Below are positions 7,150 through 11,467 of a stretch of DNA of 11,467 nucleotides, piece after piece. The position numbers were made by a program, and so were the translations under genes. Numbering within the stretch: position 1 is the stretch's first letter; every line of letters begins with the position of its first letter. Where the stretch lies: contig CALKOM010000133.1 in the NCBI GenBank assembly GCA_938091905.1, positions 1-11,467 on the forward strand, read 5' to 3'. The stretch is from an uncultured Verrucomicrobiales bacterium (GTDB lineage Bacteria > Verrucomicrobiota > Verrucomicrobiia > Verrucomicrobiales > DEV007). Under the pieces are notes generated by a model. That model did no database searches. It worked only from the letters and a program-made list of their open reading frames with translations, and had not been told where the DNA came from.

Positions 7150-8507
7150 GTGGCTACAGTCACGGGTTTGGCGCGCAAAGCGCGTTTGAGGCGAAGCGGA
7201 CTGACTTTTGACAAGACCCGCGCAGCACTTCTCGCGCTCGCGCTGATGCCCTGCTCGGTGTAGGGAAAGATCACTCCTCGAAACCAAGCCAGAAACTGAT
7301 CCGTTAAGAATCCAGTGAGACCAATCAGGAGGATAATCGGATAGACATGATCAAAGTGAAACCGCCGCCCTTGAGTGTCGATGATCTCCGTGAGCCCAGC
7401 TTTCACGCCCAGGAGTTCTGCGATGATAAGCCATGTCCATGCCCAGCCTAACAAGATGCGAATATCATTGTGTAGGTTTGGTAGAATGCCAGGAATGACC
7501 ACACGTGTGACGAGTTGTTTGCGATTTGCTCCCAAGGTTTGCGCGGCATCAAGCAGTGAAGTGTCGAGCATGCGAGTCGTGTTGGCTACCATGAGGATAA
7601 GCTGCGGTAGCGTTCCCAAAAAGACGAGGGCGAGCTTTGGCGCATCGTAAATTCCAAACAAGGCGATCAGCAAAGTGCCGAATGCAGGTGCTGGCATGTA
7701 GCGAAAGAAATCTACGAATGGCTCGATGAGCCTTGAGAAGAAAGAGAACGTTCCACACAGAAGCGCAATTGGAACCCCGACTAAGCACACTAACAGGAAG
7801 CCGCCTGCGATCGTGCGAATGGAGACAAGGTAGCGTCCCCAGACATTCAAGTCTCCAAGCTCCGACTGGCCGCGAAAGTCCTCGGAAGCTCTAGCGATGA
7901 TCTCGTGGGGTGCAGGGAGAAAAACAGGCCGTTTGACCTCACTCTTCCCCTCTGGGATGAGCTTGAGTAGGGGTTCTGAAGGGAAATTCCGTGAATTATA
8001 GCTAGGCGAAACCGCACTCATGTCTGCCCAGTTCTCCGAGACAATACCAAGATTCTCCTGGCTAAGTCCACCACTCAATTCACCGAGGGCAATGCGTTGC
8101 CACACGGTGTAGAGTGCAGCATAATCTTTCTCTTGCTCAGGGGTGATCCAATTTTCTGCCAGGGCCAAAGGAGTAATTCCACGCAGAATGCGCTTATTCG
8201 CGCGGCGACCGGCTGCAGCGGTCTCGGCTGCTTGAGGGTCAGTGTTGTCCTGTCGCACAGCCGCCCGGAAGGCATCGAATCGTGCCTCTTCCATATGATC
8301 TCCTGGCACATAGACGGTTGGAAAATCAGAGTTGTTTGCATCAGAGGACAGCGAGATGCGAATTTCCGATTTCCAAACGGGCAGGTAAGCGATCAAGCAC
8401 CATAGCGCTAGTGGCAGTAAGAACGAGCACGTCATGAGCAGGCGTGACCGTTTTCGCGAAAGCGGTCGCCCAACTCCAAACCAGGACTCTTTGCTACGGG
8501 TTACCAT
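7146..8507 (-). CDS. ABC transporter permease (NitT/TauT/SsuC type) with enlarged extracytoplasmic loop
   Basis: N-terminal TM helix, FLPAP motif, [19 protein letters not shown]-type loop [20 protein letters not shown]...GL and several hydrophobic helices. Confidence 0.9.
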   Translation of the reverse strand: MVTRSKESWFGVGRPLSRKRSRLLMTCSFLLPLALWCLIAYLPVWKSEIRISLSSDANNSDFPTVYVPGDHMEEARFDAFRAAVRQDNTDPQAAETAAAGRRANKRILRGITPLALAENWITPEQEKDYAALYTVWQRIALGELSGGLSQENLGIVSENWADMSAVSPSYNSRNFPSEPLLKLIPEGKSEVKRPVFLPAPHEIIARASEDFRGQSELGDLNVWGRYLVSIRTIAGGFLLVCLVGVPIALLCGTFSFFSRLIEPFVDFFRYMPAPAFGTLLIALFGIYDAPKLALVFLGTLPQLILMVANTTRMLDTSLLDAAQTLGANRKQLVTRVVIPGILPNLHNDIRILLGWAWTWLIIAELLGVKAGLTEIIDTQGRRFHFDHVYPIILLIGLTGFLTDQFLAWFRGVIFPYTEQGISASARSAARVLSKVSPLRLKRALRAKPVTVAT

Positions 8508-8544
8508 GATGGCGCGCGCGAGTCGTCAATGCCAGCGCTCAGCC

Positions 8545-9642
8545 CTACTTCATAGCTTTCGCTACGTCTTTGGTCAGGGTGCGATCAAAGTAGGCTGTGT
8601 AATCCACTGGCTCTTTGTAAACCTCAAATTTCACGTTGAAGGCATCGGAGATCTCCGATGATCCATAGACGGACTTGAGACCCGGGGCGTTGCGCCACGC
8701 AATCAACGCTTCTTCCAGCGATAGAATGTAAGTGCCATTCAAGAAAGGTTCATACTCATCTGGCTTCACGTTGACACGCGCTGATAAGATTGAAAGAATA
8801 TCATCTGTATTGTCCTCGTCCTTTATGTAGTCAACGATGCGATACCACACCTTGACCACCTTCACCCAATCATCACGACGATACTTCAAACTGTACTCGG
8901 TGACGAATAGACAGTCATAGATCAATCCAGGAATGTCCTTTGAGGTGTAGATCGGCTTTGAACCTGGCACCTGCTTCAGTGCGGCGCCAGAACTTGGTTG
9001 CCACGCGCAAATGGCCGAAATCTCATCGGACTTCAGCACCTGTGGAGTATCATTTGTAGGCGTGTTGACGATCGTGATGTCTGTGTCAGACATTCCGTTG
9101 TCCTCCAGCGCTTTCAGCACTAGCAAGTGCGGCACGAAGCCTTCCTCCAGAGCAACCTTCTTGCCCTTAAGATCCTTCACGGAATCGATACCGGATTTGC
9201 CGATTACCATATCGTTGCCGTTGGAAAAGTCATTGATCAAGATGCAAACGGAAGGTTTCGCCGTGGCTCCCGTGACTAAGGCATCACCATTGGTCATACT
9301 CACAGCGTCGAGTTTCCCGGCACCGTAAGCCTCCATGGAGGCAACGTAGTCCATCCATTCGAATTGCACATTCACTCCTTCTTCAGCAAACCAGCCCTTC
9401 TTGATACCGATCTCCCAGGCTACCCAGCCGGGCCAATCACTGTAACCGACCGTCAACGGCTTGCCTGTCGGCGCTGGCGTGGGGGGTGGTGGGGGAGAGG
9501 GCGCTGGCGCGGCAGTCTCAGGAGTGGATACTTCCGGATCAGGCGCACTTGCTGTGGGCGATTCCTGTTTGCTGCAAGAGGTGAAGAGAGTGATGGCGCA
9601 GAGGCCAAAGATACTGAGTAGTTGGTTAGGCTTTATCATCAT
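8545..9642 (-). CDS. ABC transporter substrate-binding lipoprotein (NMT1/SsuA-like fold)
   Basis: Signal peptide with lipobox LFTS-C, Pro-rich tether, then VGYSDWPGW...KGWF, GKLDA, DFSNGND, DLKGKKV and AWQP. Start at 9642 or 9639 preferred over 9678 because it gives a normal-length signal (Cys at position 22-23). Confidence 0.88.
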   Translation of the reverse strand: MMIKPNQLLSIFGLCAITLFTSCSKQESPTASAPDPEVSTPETAAPAPSPPPPPTPAPTGKPLTVGYSDWPGWVAWEIGIKKGWFAEEGVNVQFEWMDYVASMEAYGAGKLDAVSMTNGDALVTGATAKPSVCILINDFSNGNDMVIGKSGIDSVKDLKGKKVALEEGFVPHLLVLKALEDNGMSDTDITIVNTPTNDTPQVLKSDEISAICAWQPSSGAALKQVPGSKPIYTSKDIPGLIYDCLFVTEYSLKYRRDDWVKVVKVWYRIVDYIKDEDNTDDILSILSARVNVKPDEYEPFLNGTYILSLEEALIAWRNAPGLKSVYGSSEISDAFNVKFEVYKEPVDYTAYFDRTLTKDVAKAMK

Positions 9643-9702
9643 GATGTCAGGAGAAGCTTCGCTGTGAGTATTACTCATTGCGGTTTAAGTACTATTCTTA
9701 GG

Positions 9703-9718
9703 AGCATGTACGATGCCA
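9703..9718 (-). promoter_or_regulatory. sigma-54 (-24/-12) promoter for the ABC-amidohydrolase-ligase-AhpD-flavoprotein operon
   Basis: Minus strand TGGCATCGTACATGCT has exact GG-N10-GC spacing, directly upstream of the first operon gene. Same TGGCA-N6-ATGCT form as the Rieske promoter. Confidence 0.7.
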
Positions 9719-10265
9719 ACTCCGTGTGAAGCTCTCCATCAAACTCAGCTGCTTGACTCAATCGGCGCGGTGCCAAACCTAGACGGAACGTCGGCTCTGT
9801 TAGGCCCTCGAACGCTCATCTATAGCTGCGATTCCGCTTGCCAGCGCTCATTTCGGCGTCCGATCATCTTGCTGGTATTAGTAAATGCGTGAGGCCCCGC
9901 TTGAAGATTCTTCGCTCTTCAGCTTCGCTTACTTCATAGCGCTCTCTTAATAGCTGGCATCACTTTAGTGGTCCGACGAATTATCCTCCAACTGCTCATC
10001 ACCGCCAATCCCGCTTCATTGAATGGACTTCATAGCTGGCTTAGTTTATTCAATTAAATATCGCCTTGCAGTGGCAGGACGAACCGGGGCAAACCATGCT
10101 GCTGGCCCTGCGCTTTCTTCGCTCATTCTCCTACCAGCCTTGGTCGATGTGAGGCTGTGTTAGTAAAATGTTGGTATTCTTCTGAGTCGTGAATAGAAGG
10201 GGTATGTTAGGAGTCCGCTACTCGGGACGATTATTTCCTTCGACATCCCTTAATCGGGACGAGGA

Positions 10266-11467
10266 TCAGTGGATAATGTTGTTGCGAGACTTTCGCGCCC
10301 ATTTCCGACGAAACTTCGAAATTAATGTGGCATTACGTTGGGCCCAAGACCAGGCCCATTTTCCTGGCTTGGGCAACACGCCGATTTCCTTTGCTTCGGG
10401 CTCGTCTGAATCTTCAGGTTCAAGGGTGTTCTTGGATTCGCCGTCCTTGGTCTCGCTGGCGTCGATCAAGAGAGCAAATTCCTTTCCGAACTCATTATTA
10501 TCGTAGGGAATCTGACCCATTTGCTGGGCGGTGAGATCGCTGCTTCCGATGATCGTATCCGATTTCAGCGTAGACATCCACAAGCTGATAGCATGAACGG
10601 CTTCTGTGTAGCTTTTCAGGTCGGAGAGATTGTAGATCGATTCCTTGGTATGAAGATCGAGTTGATGCTCGCCGCTTTCGATCGCAGTCTGGATGTGCTC
10701 GGCCCAATAAAATTCTAAAAACGGTAGGTTCTTGCCAGGACCCCGTTCGGGTTTGTTCCATCCGATGTCGCGGCAGAAGTAGAGTATTCCTCGGTAAGGA
10801 TCATCTGCGAATTCTCTGAGCTTCATCTCCGTCGGCAGCGAACCCTGGAACCGTTTCAAATCGACTGAAGTGACTTGGTAAGTGTTCGGTGATCCTTCAA
10901 CACCGGGCAGATAAGCGTAACCGGGCTTAGCTTTTCTTAGCTTCTTGAGCCACACCTGACCGTCGTTCGCTGCCTTGACCCAGAATTCGTCCATGGCTGA
11001 TCCGCTGTTGTTTGAATCTTCGAGTCGGGAATAATCTTTATCGAGCACGAGATAATAGGTAAACTCTCCGTGCCGTTTGCCGTGGTTTCTGCCGTGTTTC
11101 ATCTCGCTGAAGGCCAAAGTGGTGTGGTGTCCATCGGTCAGGTAGAAGTTCTTGTCAGGGCCTCTCACCACGGTTTTCATGGAGTCGCGATCATTTCCTG
11201 GCGAGATGATTTTGCCGTCCAATTTGCCGCCAGACCCGCTCTTGAAACGAACCGAGTAGAATGTGCTCGGATGATTTGGATCGCCAGGGTTGGCATCCTT
11301 GCCATCGGCAGTTTTTCTATCGACGGCGACCTCGTAGACTTCTCCGTAGTTGTCGGTCTGATCGTTGCGGGCGACTTGGCCATTTGATTCGGCCACGTCC
11401 TCAAACATTTTCTGATCGATGCTGTACCAGTGACCAGGCTTAAGATCGCCATTGAGGCTTGGAGGAA
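10266..11467 (-). CDS. ParB/Srx-like domain protein (ParB-like nuclease family), 5'-truncated by window edge
   Basis: VVRGPDKNFYLTDGHHT, DDPYRG and FLEFYWA motifs typical of ParB-like (ParBc_2-type) proteins. The frame stays open from ATG 11408 to the window edge (PPSLNGDLKPGHWYSIDQK-MFED), so the true start is probably upstream. Confidence 0.72.
   Translation of the reverse strand, partial: PPSLNGDLKPGHWYSIDQKMFEDVAESNGQVARNDQTDNYGEVYEVAVDRKTADGKDANPGDPNHPSTFYSVRFKSGSGGKLDGKIISPGNDRDSMKTVVRGPDKNFYLTDGHHTTLAFSEMKHGRNHGKRHGEFTYYLVLDKDYSRLEDSNNSGSAMDEFWVKAANDGQVWLKKLRKAKPGYAYLPGVEGSPNTYQVTSVDLKRFQGSLPTEMKLREFADDPYRGILYFCRDIGWNKPERGPGKNLPFLEFYWAEHIQTAIESGEHQLDLHTKESIYNLSDLKSYTEAVHAISLWMSTLKSDTIIGSSDLTAQQMGQIPYDNNEFGKEFALLIDASETKDGESKNTLEPEDSDEPEAKEIGVLPKPGKWAWSWAQRNATLISKFRRKWARKSRNNIIH

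Noticed and set aside
7150..7287. 46-aa N-terminal extension of the ABC ATPase
   Set aside because: Overlaps the permease 3' end; ATG 7149 gives a clean ATGA coupling.
9467..9512. G-rich tract and GGCGCTGGCG direct repeat (possible G-quadruplex or repeat element)
   Set aside because: Explained by Pro/Ala codons of the lipoprotein tether [14 protein letters not shown] on the opposite strand.
10222..10265. TCGGGACGA direct repeat and imperfect hairpin after the ParB-like stop
   Set aside because: Only two short copies, a weak stem and no U-tract; not supportable as a terminator or CRISPR repeat.
9720..10265. Riboswitch (for example guanidine class) or small ORF in the long intergenic region
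   Set aside because: No riboswitch consensus recognised by eye, the predicted TSS lies downstream of this region, and the frames I checked are interrupted by stops. An Rfam cmscan would be decisive.
602..11452. Remaining short ORF-track entries overlapping the called genes
   Set aside because: Antisense or alternate-frame shadows of well-supported genes, with no family motifs.

Overview
Bacterial accessory region with few obvious Shine-Dalgarno sites (Verrucomicrobiota/Planctomycetota-like, a weak inference). Left edge: the 3' end of an ISL3-family IS inserted into an IS5-family transposase remnant. Most of the window is a tightly coupled minus-strand operon (about 9642 to 2896) behind a sigma-54 (-24/-12) promoter motif. 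It encodes a NitT/TauT-type ABC importer (lipoprotein SBP, permease with a large extra loop, ATPase), a creatininase-family amidohydrolase, a GmaS/GlnT-like gamma-glutamyl-amine ligase, an AhpD/CMD-family protein and a flavodoxin-fold FMN protein. The AhpD gene has an in-frame TGA exactly at the second Cys of its CxxC motif (C-T-Y-U), so it is a probable selenoprotein that the ORF track splits in two. A Rieske oxygenase alpha subunit (quaternary-amine-oxygenase-like) has its own matching sigma-54 motif. A Zn-dependent alcohol dehydrogenase between the two units has a premature TAA at codon 6. A 5'-truncated ParB/Srx-like gene is at the right edge. Overall this looks like an uncharacterised sigma-54-controlled organic-nitrogen (amide/amine) scavenging pathway containing a candidate selenoenzyme.
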